Source of the DNA: Dipteris shenzhenensis
Lineage: Eukaryota
DNA: 64,000 nucleotides
Reading direction: 5' to 3' (one strand)
Assembly (NCBI GenBank): GCA_047967505.1
Contig: CM106538.1
In this document: piece after piece, positions 53,560 to 64,000 of the stretch
How the letters are laid out: the number at the start of each line of letters is the position of its first letter
Position numbering within the stretch: the stretch's first letter is position 1
Program-made: the position numbers and the translations under genes
The notes under the pieces: generated by a model
Database searches by the model: none
Told to the model about the DNA's origin: nothing
Seen by the model: only the letters and a program-made list of their open reading frames with translations

Positions 53560-55548
53560 ACTTAATGAACATAAGCTACACCATGCTATTAAAAACATGA
53601 TGCCCGCAAAGGAAGTCACAATAACTAAGCCCTTTGTCAACCACTTAAGAGTATTTGGACCTCTCTCTCATGCTCATGTTCTTGATGACTTAAGAATAAA
53701 CTTGATGTCAAGTCAATCAAGTGCATCTTTCTAAGGTATCTTGCAAAATCGAAGGCATGTTATCATTAATAAGACTTCATTGTACTTTGATAGTCCAACT
53801 ACACTATCAATTTATCTCAGCCAGTAGTGTCAATGATACATTGAATTTCTTTTCTTACAACATCTCATAGTGTACATTCCACATTGAGCACTCATAGGCA
53901 AAGAGAAGATCTTTGACATAGTGAATATAGCCATATCACCGACATACCTAAAAGCTTCACCTCCAACCTCAAAAGATCTACTCACAAACAAAAGGCACTT
54001 GAAAAGTGAACTTACAAGAGAAACTACACATCCATGGGCCAAAGTAATGGACTTTAATGAGCTAATCTCTTTTCAAAAAAGTATTCCAAGTCTTCGAGTG
54101 GAAACATGCAATGGGTAGAGTATAGTTCTCTTCTTGGCAAGAACCAGGAGTGGAGTTTAATAGATCTTGCTTTAAAGAAGAAGCCCATAGGATGGAAATG
54201 ATGAGGGGTTCACAAATATGATCCTAGGTTAGTAGCCAAGGCATATTCCCATTAGTATGGTATAGATTATATTAAGTAGATCTTTGCATAAGCTATAAAG
54301 ATGAGTGCATTTTGGATGGCCATAGATCTTGTCACTCGCTTTGAATCACCCATCCTTCAGATGGGCAAATCAAAGTCAAGTCTACGTGACACAACCTCTA
54401 GGATGTGATGCCTTCCTCAATGGTGAGGAAGCCTACATGACATAGCCTCTACAATATGATGTCAATGGGATGGAAAAAAGGGTATGCTAGAGGTCACTCT
54501 ATAGGTCTAAGCTCTTGCATGAAATTCAATGACTCATCAATACATTGTGGCATCTTGTTTCAACCATTTGATTCCAATCCATACATTAAAAAATACAAAA
54601 AACACATTATTGTGGTAGTTATTTATGTTGATAACTTGATCATCATTCAACATCTCATCTCAAAATCTAAGAGTCAACTCACCTTAGATTCTGACATGAA
54701 TTCAACTCACCTTGGAGTTTGACATGAAGGATATGGGGGAGCTCGATGATTTACTTGGAATAGTAATATGGAGAGATGAAACTAGAATCATACTCTCTCT
54801 AAGCAAGTAAACTCAAAGAATAATCCAACAGTTTCATCTATACCACTGGAAGCCACTCCCTAGTCCTATGGAATGTAACATCAATTTTTCAGCACTTGAT
54901 AATTCTCCAAGCTTTGGATCCTCTCTAGTATAAATAACTCATTGGTCAATTGATCTATTTGACTATCATCAGGCTCAATGTTTCTTGTTCAATTGGTGTG
55001 CTCAATGATTTCATGCAAAATCCCAAGCAAGCTCACCTCCTTGCAACAAAGAGAGTATATACATGTATCCACAATACATAGAATTATGTTTTACATTATG
55101 CCAATTCATCTGATTTTCACTTCCATGGATATATAGATCCCAATGGGGAGAAATTGTAAATGAGAGAAGATCCATTAGTTGATATAGCTTCAATCTTGGC
55201 TCTACAGCTTTGTCACAAAAAAGCAAGAAGTAACCAACATTGTCCTTGCCTTTGACTAGAGCAAAGTATAGAGGATCCACCAAATGTTGCTTAGTTTAGA
55301 CAACTTCTTTATAGTAGAGATACTTTATGTGGAACCTATAGTGCCTTATTCGAATAATATCAATAGCAACTAGCAACGAATCGTGTGTTCCACACCATAA
55401 TAGCACACATTTAATTGCATTATCACTTAGTTTATGAAAGATCAACTTCATGAATTTTTTGACAGAAGAATCCTACAAGAATCGATTGTAGATATCTTCA
55501 TCGAGATGCTTTCCCTTGACAAGTTCAAACACTTTAAACCTTAACTTG
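53560..55548 (+). mobile_element. Decayed Ty1/copia pol relic (continues at 62570-~62750 with PPT and probable 3' LTR)
   Basis: KLDVKSIKCIFL.Y, RLVAKAY...YGIDY, IVVVIYVDNLII, IGQLIYLT and an RNase H-like end. A PPT-like aagaggaaaaa then TG follows the CACTA insertion. Confidence 0.85.
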
Positions 55549-55969
55549 CACTACTACACACGAATCCTATTGCGATGTTTAAGCACCGACATTTAGCGTG
55601 CATGGGGTGCTAATTATTGGTATGGAAAGCGCATCTCGTAAAGCGTCGCTATATAGCGACTTTAGGCAAACGTCGCCATATAGTGATGATTACAAAAGTC
55701 GCTATATGGTGACTTTTAAGTGTCACTATATAGCGCCATTGAGATACTATTTTATAGCGACGTTTTTCAGAGAGGTTTTTTTACTCATATAGGCCTTAAA
55801 AGTTAGTTTTTTCCAATGACAAAATTTTTAAAATTTTCATACATGTTTGATCTTTTGAGAGAATTAAAGTATGAGAGCATGTACATCAAGCCTTTGAAGC
55901 TCATATATTCATGTCGAAGTTTGAGATGAAAAAAATTCAATGAAGAGCATTTACATCAACTGTTTCATC

Positions 55970-57010
55970 TTAAGCCAAGTCTAAGGTGCCAAACAAGTAT
56001 ATCTCTAACTCTATACCAAGTTGATCTCCTATATCATCATCGTACTCTAGCATCATACGTTCACCTAAAAGTTCGTCATCATCTTCTTCAATAAAGTGTG
56101 GTGATTCTTGATGATCATTGTCTTCTTCCTCAATATCGTGATCTCCATCTTCCTCCCGTGCAATATCATTATGCACATCTTCCTCTTGGCTCATATTGTG
56201 ATCTTCATCTTCTTTGCTAGATTCATCGGGATCAATTGGATTCGGCATTGGTAGTGGCATGGTATTTGGAGCAAGCAACATCTTCTGGAGCAACCTATCA
56301 CAATTCAAACATACATAGGCTTCGAACAATGATGATTCGGTATACTAATCCATACATGATGATTCTCAAAACAAACAATATCCAAATAATGAGTCAAATT
56401 AATGCAAGAGCTAACCTCATTAAGACCGAGACACTTGTATCCGACCACCCATACTTTACTTGCTAATTCCAGATTGAGAGACAAGCACGTTACGGTAGTT
56501 TAGACATCCTAGCACCCTTGTACAATTGTGTTGATTGCAACTCTCGCATTTTGACCTTATACTCTAACATCATGTGTACATGGGATGTAGTGCCCCTAAA
56601 AATAGAATCCATCATGTCGACCATACCCTCGTCATCATTCGGGAGACTATAGTCTTGCTCAAAGTGTGAAGGTATATGCGTACCCTCATCAGCCTCCTCA
56701 TCCTGTTTTAAGATTTTGTGTAAATATAAGATCTTGTCTCAAGGTTTCATACCATAATAGTATCCAATATTAACCGTGAACTTAAATAGCTTTGACTTAC
56801 CGATAGTCCATCAACACGTGCAACACCAATGGTGGGTACTGGTTCGGGCTCCTCCCCATACATCCGCAAGTGGCGCATGATAATATGACGTTGATGTCGT
56901 ACTTCTCGCTTGCAATGAGTGCAATGACAATATAACCTCGCCGTAAGCCACTTTGTCCTCCCGGGCATTGGCGCATCATCGGACGCGAGCTTCCACTCGT
57001 CCCTTCCATC
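55970..57010 (-). pseudogene. Internally deleted CACTA transposase (N-terminal CxCxxC transposase-associated domain joined to an acidic C-terminal segment)
   Basis: LYCHCTHCKREV..IMRHLRMYG; MMDSIFRGTT is shared with 38441. NCDRLLQKM..PNTM is joined directly to a DDDIGDQL..LFG..DLA tail that also occurs at 34519-34791 and ~63240-63310. Confidence 0.8.
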
Positions 57011-57904
57011 TACACTTATAAAATCACAACATAAGTTGCAAGGAAATATATCAACAGTTATAAAATAGCATCTACGAGCTTCTTTTTTAACTTTAAACAT
57101 AAAGTGTCCCAAAGCGTCACTATATAGTGACGTTTTGACCTGTTTCGTCACTATGTAGCGACTATTTGCTCTATTCCGTCGCTATATAGTGACACTTTTA
57201 ATTAAAAGCATCGCTATCAGCGTCACTATATAGCGACGCTGTGGGTTAAAACCCGAACCTCGTGACATGCGGCACTTTCTTTAGCAATCTCTCTAATTTC
57301 TATTGTAAGCAAAGCAATCTCTCATCCCACTTATTTCCGATGACCTCCCACTCTATTCTCCACTCCTCACCACTACTCACCCCTCTCCTAACACTTATGC
57401 TCCCTCTCCACCCTTCTCTCTCTTTGGTTTCTTGAAATGAAGTTTTTCAAGAAGGTGAGTCTCTTTGAACAATGTAGATTCATTTTTTGTGAGATTTTGT
57501 TTTGTGAGTGTTGAAGCATGTTTCTCCTTGTATTGCTAAAATCCTTGTATTGCTAAAGCTGTGTACTAGTTTTCATGCTTGATTTCAAAGGATTGAAGAC
57601 AAAAAATGAGATTTCAAGAAAGAAAGAAAGAAGACTCACCTCTTCTAGTCTTTTTTGTATTTCTCTTCCTTCTCTTTCTCTTTGTCTCCTCAATCTAATC
57701 TCTTTGAGAAGTTGCTTCTGTAATCTCCTCCTTCCTCTAACTAGTTATTTGAAAAATAATATGTTTCCTCTCTTTTGTAGGGCCAGTCCACAAAACACTG
57801 AGCCGGACGTACTATTCCAAGTAAGTGCTTTCTCTTTTTTCCATTTGTTATTTTTGTTATTTGCATTGGCTTGTAGGTAGCGCTAGCTGCCGTGATGGGC
57901 ATAG

Positions 57905-60425
57905 GAATCCTCTCTTCCCCTCTTCTTTCCCTCTTCTCTCCTCTTCCGTCTCTTCTTTTTCCCCTCTTTCAATCTCTTTTCCCCTCTTCTTTTTTCCCCT
58001 CTTTCAATCTCTTTTTCCCTCCTTCTCTTCTCTTCTTTTTTTCATCTTTCAATCTCTTTTCCCCCGTCTTTCCCCTCGCTTATGTCTCCTTCTCTTATGC
58101 TCATGCATAAGCATAAGCATGAGAATATGTCTCCTTCTCTTATGCTTATGCTTATGCTTAAGCATAAGAGAAGGAGACATATGCTCATGCTTATGCTTAC
58201 GCTTATGCATGAGCATATGTCTCTTTTTCTCTCTTTCCTTTCCTTCTTCTTCTCTCTTTCCCCTCTTCCAATCTCTTTTCCTTTCCCTCTTCTTCCTCTT
58301 TTCCTCCCTCTTTTCCCCCCTCTTTCCCCTCTTTCATGCTCATGCTCTTATGCTCATGCATAAGCATAAGCATAAGCATGAGCATATGTCTCTTTCTCTT
58401 ATGTTCATGTATAAGCATAAGCATGAGCATATGTCTCCTTCTCTTATGCTTATGCTTATGCATAAGAGGAGACATATGCATGAGCTCATGCATAAGCATA
58501 AGCATAAGAGAAGGCGACATATGCTCATGCTTATGCTTATGCTTATGCATGAGCATTTGTCTCTTTTTCTCTCTTTCCTTTCCCTCCCCTTTTCCTCTTC
58601 TTCCTCTTTTCCTCTTCTTCCTCTTTTGTCTCTTCTTCCTCTTCTTTCCCTCTTCTTCTCTCTTCTTTCCCTCTTTCCTTTCCCTCTTCTTCTCTCTTTC
58701 CCCTCTACCAATCTCTTTTCCTTTCCCTCTTCTTCCTCTTTTCCTCTATCTTTTCCCCCCTCTTTCCCCTCTTTCATGCTCATGCTCTTATGCTCATGCA
58801 TAAGCATAAGCATAAGCATGAGCATATGTCTCTTTCTCTTATGCTCACTCATAAGCATAAGCATGAGCATATGTCTCCTTCTCTTATGCTTATGCTTATG
58901 CTTATGCATAAGAGGAGACATATGCATGAGCTCATGCATAAGTATAAGCATAAGAAAAGGAGACATATGCTCATGCTTATGCTTATGCATGAGCATATGT
59001 CTCTTTTTCTCTCTTTCCTTTCCCTCCTCTTTTCCTCTTCTTCCTCTTTTCTCTCTTCTTCCTCTTCTTTCCCTCTTCTTCTCTCTTCTTTCCCTCTTTC
59101 CTTTCCCTCTTCTTCTCTCTTTCTACTCTTTCAATCTCTTTTCCTTTCCCTCTTCTTCCTCTTTTCCTCTTCTTCTCTCTTCTTCCTCTTCTTTCCCTCT
59201 TCTTCTCTCTTCTTTCCCTCTTTTCTTTCCCTCTTCTTCTCTCTTTCCCCTCTTCCAATCTCTTTTCCTTTCCCTCTTCTTCCTCTTTTCCTCTTCTTCT
59301 CTCTTCTTCCTCTTCTTTCCCTCTTCTTCTCTCTTCTTTCCCTCTTTCCTTTCCCTCTTCTTCTCTCTTTCCCCTCTTCCAATCTCTTTTCCTTTCCCTC
59401 TTCTTCGTCTTTTCCTCCATCTTTTCCCCCCTCTTTCCCCTCTTTCATGCTCATGCTTTTATGCTCATTCATAAGCATAAGCATGAGCATATGTCTCTTT
59501 CTCTTATGCTCATGTATAAGCATAAGCATGAGCATATGTCTCCTTCTCTTATGCTTATGCTTATGCATGAGCTCATGCATATGTCTCCTCTTATGCATAA
59601 GCATAAGCATAAGAGAAGGAGACATATGCTCATGCTTATGCTTATGTCTCCTTCTCTCATGCTTATGCTTATGCTTATGCATGAGCATATGTCTCTTTTC
59701 TCTCTTTCCTTTCCCTCCTCTTTTCCTCTTCTTCCTCTTTTCTCTCTTCTTCCTCTTCTTTCCCTCTTCTTCTCTCTTCTTTCCCTCTTTACTTTCCCTC
59801 TTTTTCTCTCTTTCCCTTCTTCCAATCTCTTTTCCTTTCCCTCTTCTTCCTCTTTTCCTCTTCTTCTCTCTTCTTCCTCTTCTTTCCCTCTTCTTTCCCT
59901 CTTTCCTTTCCCTCTTCCAATCTCTTTTCCTTTCCCTCTTCTTCCTCTTCTTTCCCTCTTCTTCTCTCTACTTTCCCTCTTCTTCTCTCTTTCCGCTCTT
60001 CCAATCTCTTTTCCTTTCCCTCTTCTTCCTCTTTTCCTCTTCTTTCTCTTTTCCCTCTTCTTCCTCTTCTTTCCCTCTTCCCTTTCCCTCTTCTTCTCTC
60101 TTTCCCCTCTTCCAATCTCTTTTCCTTTCCCTCTTCTTCCTCTTTTCCTTTCCCTCTTCTTCCTCTTTTCCCTCTTCTTCCTCTTCTTTCCCTCTTCTTT
60201 CCCTCTTCCCTTTCCCTCTTCTTCTCTCTTTCCCCTCTTCTAATCTCTTTTCCTTTCCCTCTTCTTCCTCTTTTCCTCTTCTTCCTCTTCTTTCCCCTCT
60301 TCTCTCTTCTTCCTCTTTTCCCTCTTCTTCCTCTTCTTTCCCTCTTCTTTCCCTCTCTCTTTCCCCTCTCTTTCCCCTCTTCCAATCTCTTTTCCTTTCC
60401 CTCTTCTTCCTCTTTTCCTTTGCCT
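57905..60425 (+). repeat. ~2.5-kb polypyrimidine tract with four embedded (CTTATG)n/(CATAAG)n palindromic blocks
   Basis: Blocks lie at ~58080-58220, 58335-58560, 58775-59000 and 59445-59692. Both strands translate to the same HKHK/MLML repeats. Confidence 0.92.
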
Positions 60426-60484
60426 ATGCCTATGCTTATGTTTGTTTTTTGTTTTTTGTTTCCCTGTTTGTGTCTATGTTAGAC

Positions 60485-62030
60485 ATGGGATCACGTTGCA
60501 CGTCGGATGAGTATGGACATCCTCGTAGGAGAAGACATCACGATCTCTATGCTCCAGAGGACTTTGATTCCTCTCAGGCGACACCTGAGGAGACTATCCC
60601 TGGTCCAACTCCTCTCGGACCTAGCATTGTGACTACCCCTGGTCCGACTCCTCTCGGACGTAGCACTACGACTACCCCTTGGGGAACTCCTTTGCTAGCA
60701 GGCCATGGCTTTGTCGGGAGTTCCGATGAGTTTGTAGCGTAGATGACCGATGAGGAGGCAGTGAGATTCTTCTCTCTGCTATCTCAGAGGACCTCAGTAA
60801 TTCCCTCCCCTACACCGATGGCTGGACCTACTGCCCAACTGTCTCCTCATGCCCCTTCGATCAAGGGGTCATCACCTGCGCATGCCTCTCGTAAGGGAAG
60901 GAAAAGTAGGAGGGGCTGCTTATGTTGTACTGACTTGGGAGATGTAGACGAGTCAGCATACTCACATCCCTACAAGTCTCCACTTGGTCTGGAGACACAG
61001 TATCAGTCAGGTCCCTTGCCCTTTCCTACTCCCACTGCTACTCCTCACTCTAGAAGTGCTCGCACAGCTTCCACTCACTCTGACTCTGCCACTACCATCA
61101 GTCGTCCTTACCCAAACGAGGACCTCTCCTATCAAATCACGACTACCGGAGAGATAATAGAAGATAGGAAAGGGCAAAGCAGTGATGGCAACCATGAGGA
61201 GGTTGATGAGCCATCACTTCAAGAGTAGCATTGCTACCGATTGGCAGTATCAAGATGACCAAAAGAAGCAGGCGGTCATCCATGAATTAAAACAAAAATA
61301 CCCTAACCCATTAAATTGGGATTTAATGAGAATTATATGCGAGAGTGCATGGATTTGGTCTTGAAGTATCGTAGATCAACCTTGCGTACTTCCATCGCAA
61401 AGGGGAAGACTGGGCAGACAAAGCTAATTGGAAGTTCTTCAAGAAGTAGAATAGGGACCATCCCGAAATGTTCGAGGGTCAGAGAAGGGCTGCAAAGAGA
61501 CGGCTGGACATCGTAGGTACTTCGCACTTTGGTGCAGGCGGACGGTTAGCATTCGAGGCAACCGTGGTAAGTCTACTTCTTCTCATTTAATGTATTGTTC
61601 TATTTGTTTTACTACATATTACATGCACTTTCTCTAACTCTAACTCTCATAAATTGGATCCACAACAAGTTGCGATGGGTCGTCTTCCTACAGATACAGA
61701 GACGTGACGCGCGTTTCGCATAAGAACAAAGCCGTGGTTTATTGAGCAAGAGGCAATGGGAGCGACGGTCGATTGGGCTGAGGTGGCTGCTCGCATAGTA
61801 TAAGTCTACTCCTACTTGTAATCTCACTTTTTAAATTGTTTTATTCTTTAAGTTCCAATCTAATTTTTAATTTATATGGTTCACTCTTAGGGTCAAAACT
61901 CGAGCATCCCATCACCGGAGGTGAGCGATCACTAGGGCCAGGGATCCGATGCATGTGACGAGGATCAGGGAGAAGGCGCAGCTCACGAGGACCAAGGATT
62001 AAGCCAACAAGACGAGGACGAGGACGATTC
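60485..62030 (+). pseudogene. CACTA second ORF (TnpA/Ptta-like; Pro/Thr-rich N-terminus), disrupted
   Basis: The ATG follows an acceptor-like TTAG|ACATG. LYAPEDFDSSQ.TP and MTDEEAVRFFSLL.QRTS are conserved in the copy at 49700-51190 (-) and partly at 41085-41230. GT-AG introns lie near 61567 and 61799. Confidence 0.6.
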
Positions 62031-62749
62031 GAATGAGTAGTAGTAGTAGTAGCAGTTTGCATATACTTCGCCATGTATGTCATTTTGTATATCCGCTCAT
62101 TTGAGCGATTTTCTATCACCCTTTTCAAAAGGGTAATTTTGTAATAAACAATGTTGTATATGTTTGACATGTATATGCTTTTGTTGCTCGATCATTTTAT
62201 TTGAGTGATTTTGTATCACCCTTTTCGCAAGGGAAATTTTGTAATAAAAACTTTTTTTTGTAATTACAAAAAAAAAAGCATTAGTGGGGCAAAACAGGGC
62301 TTGCTATGGCCCTATTTAGCCCCACTAATGCTTTTTTTTAGTTCTGTTAATCATCGCTATATAGCGACATTTACCAGTGTCGCTAATAGCGACATTTATC
62401 AGCGTCGCTATATAGCGACATTTATCAGCGTCGCTATATAGTGACGGTTTATAGCGACGATTCTTTTTCGATGCTTTTAACGACTTTAATAACGATGTTT
62501 GTGCCTTAAAAAAATTTAATGTAAAAAGCATCGGTATTTTCGTCGAAAAAGGGCCTATGCCTTGTAGTGTTGGTATTTCCCAATTGCCACTTAAGAGGAA
62601 AAACTGAAGGCTATGTTGCATATCTTTGCATATTCTTTTTTTGGTATACTCTTCTTGCACTCACTACCACACCTTTGTCCTTTTCTTATGTTTTCTTGCC
62701 ACCAACAATTAGCGTGCAAGGGTGTGAAAATCATTGATATGATGTGCGG

Positions 62750-63360
62750 ACGGATTTTTCGCCGGTATTGGTGTTGGTATATTTCAACACCAAAGAGTTT
62801 TGGTTTATACTGACAATAACCAATAGTGTCAATATATACCAAGACTAATGAATGTCGGTATATACCGACATGATCAAAAGACGTTTTACCAGTGTCCATA
62901 TATACCAAGACTAGTTAGTGTCGGTACATATCGACACTATCAAAAGAAGTTTTACAAATGTTGGTATATACCAACACTCGTAATAAATTTTCATACCAAT
63001 AAAATTACGGAACGGTGTTAGCAATATGACCTGAAATAAATTTTTGCTACAATTTTTATCATTTGAAAGATTACAAATATAAGATTATGTACACCAAGTT
63101 TGAGAGCAAAATACTCATTTATTCATGGTGAATTCAATATATACAAATGTACATAATGCCACTATAAAAGTGAAAGGGGAAAGCCTTGTCAATGGAAAAA
63201 GAATCAGTCAGTAGGATTTACATAAACGGCTTTGAGCCAAGTCCAGTGTGTCGAATAAGTTAATCTCTAACTGTATAGTCAGTTGATCACCTATATCATC
63301 ATCATCTATTGTACATCAACCTAAGACTTGATCCTTTAATTCATCTTATTCAATAAAATC
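62750..63360 (-). mobile_element. CACTA subterminal fragment homologous to ~34170-34700
   Basis: GTCGGTATATACCGAC palindromes and shared atacaaatgtaca.aatgccactataaaa and ttgatcacctatatcatcatc. Confidence 0.75.
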
Positions 63361-64000
63361 GGGTGACCTTGAAGGGATTTATGAGACAAAAAGGAAGGCA
63401 TGAGGGAAGCATAGCTAAGGGTTGATTGGTGCATTCTATCCCTCTCAATTATTTCATTCTCCCTTGCAATTGGATTGCAAACTCAAGCCTCCACTATTCC
63501 ATTTCCATTAGTATATCTCATAGATTTCCTTGCATGCATGGATCATAGCTCTAGAAAAAAGAATTATACAATTAATGAGTGAATTTTCAATGAAGAAGGT
63601 AAATAAGATGTTATTCTCAATCACAATGACATGAAAAGATGACTAGATAGATATGAAGAGGCCAGGAAAGTGAGAGTAAAACAAGATCTTGATAGGAGCA
63701 TATGACCCAATCTAGAGGATCTTGATCTTTTCCTAAAGGATATGTTCCATGATGAGCCAATGAATGGGTAAAAGAGGCTCTTCCTACAACTAAAGGTAGA
63801 AGGGATGAAAGTAAGTGAATAAGAATGGGAGTCTCATGGGAGTTTGCAAGGAGATGTGATCTACATGTAAGCTTTTTCCTTATAAACATGAATCCTTTGA
63901 ATTTTCTTATGCATTAATATGGCCACTATTACTATAATATGCATTTGCATTGCTTTAATAAAATTTCCTTGTAGTATAACAAGTACAGTGCATTGTGGCC

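Larger units (their letters stand above)
55549..62569. mobile_element. Non-autonomous CACTA element with both termini (7021 bp)
   Basis: CACTAC.. and ..GTAGTG termini with a 3-bp TSD TTG (55546-55548, 62570-62572). TCGCTATATAGCGA subterminal arrays lie at both ends and internally (57115-57240). Confidence 0.93.

Noticed and set aside
57825-60742. Long ORFs of 549 and 650 aa, and the 402 aa ORF at 39914-41122
   Set aside because: These are artefacts of stop-free CT/hexamer low-complexity DNA (F/S/L/P and HK/ML repeats). Only the last ~86 codons of the 650-aa ORF belong to the CACTA second ORF.

Overview
Eukaryotic, transposon-dominated land-plant DNA. A large-genome fern or lycophyte is plausible, but that is only an inference from intron size and transposon types. 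I can support one intact host gene: a 3-exon TMEM97/EXPERA-family membrane protein gene (4885-23474, + strand, 162 aa). Its ~18 kb second intron holds a three-deep stack of minus-strand Ty3/gypsy retrotransposons, whose nesting is resolved by target-site duplications (TSDs). The same intron holds a two-repeat, TRIM-like insertion with an atypical 9-13 bp TSD. Upstream are a decayed CACTA transposase, an isolated pseudogenic HsfA coiled-coil fragment and a duplicated G-box/ABRE unit. The rest of the window is LINE, Copia, MITE and foldback debris plus several copies of a CACTA family. That family appears to place its transposase and second ORF head-to-head, has palindromic subterminal repeats, and carries kb-scale polypyrimidine tracts with foldback hexamer palindromes. 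One copy (55549-62569) has both CACTA termini and a TTG TSD, and sits inside a Copia relic. I recognised no rRNA, tRNA or CRISPR features. All family assignments come from motif recognition by eye; no searches were run.
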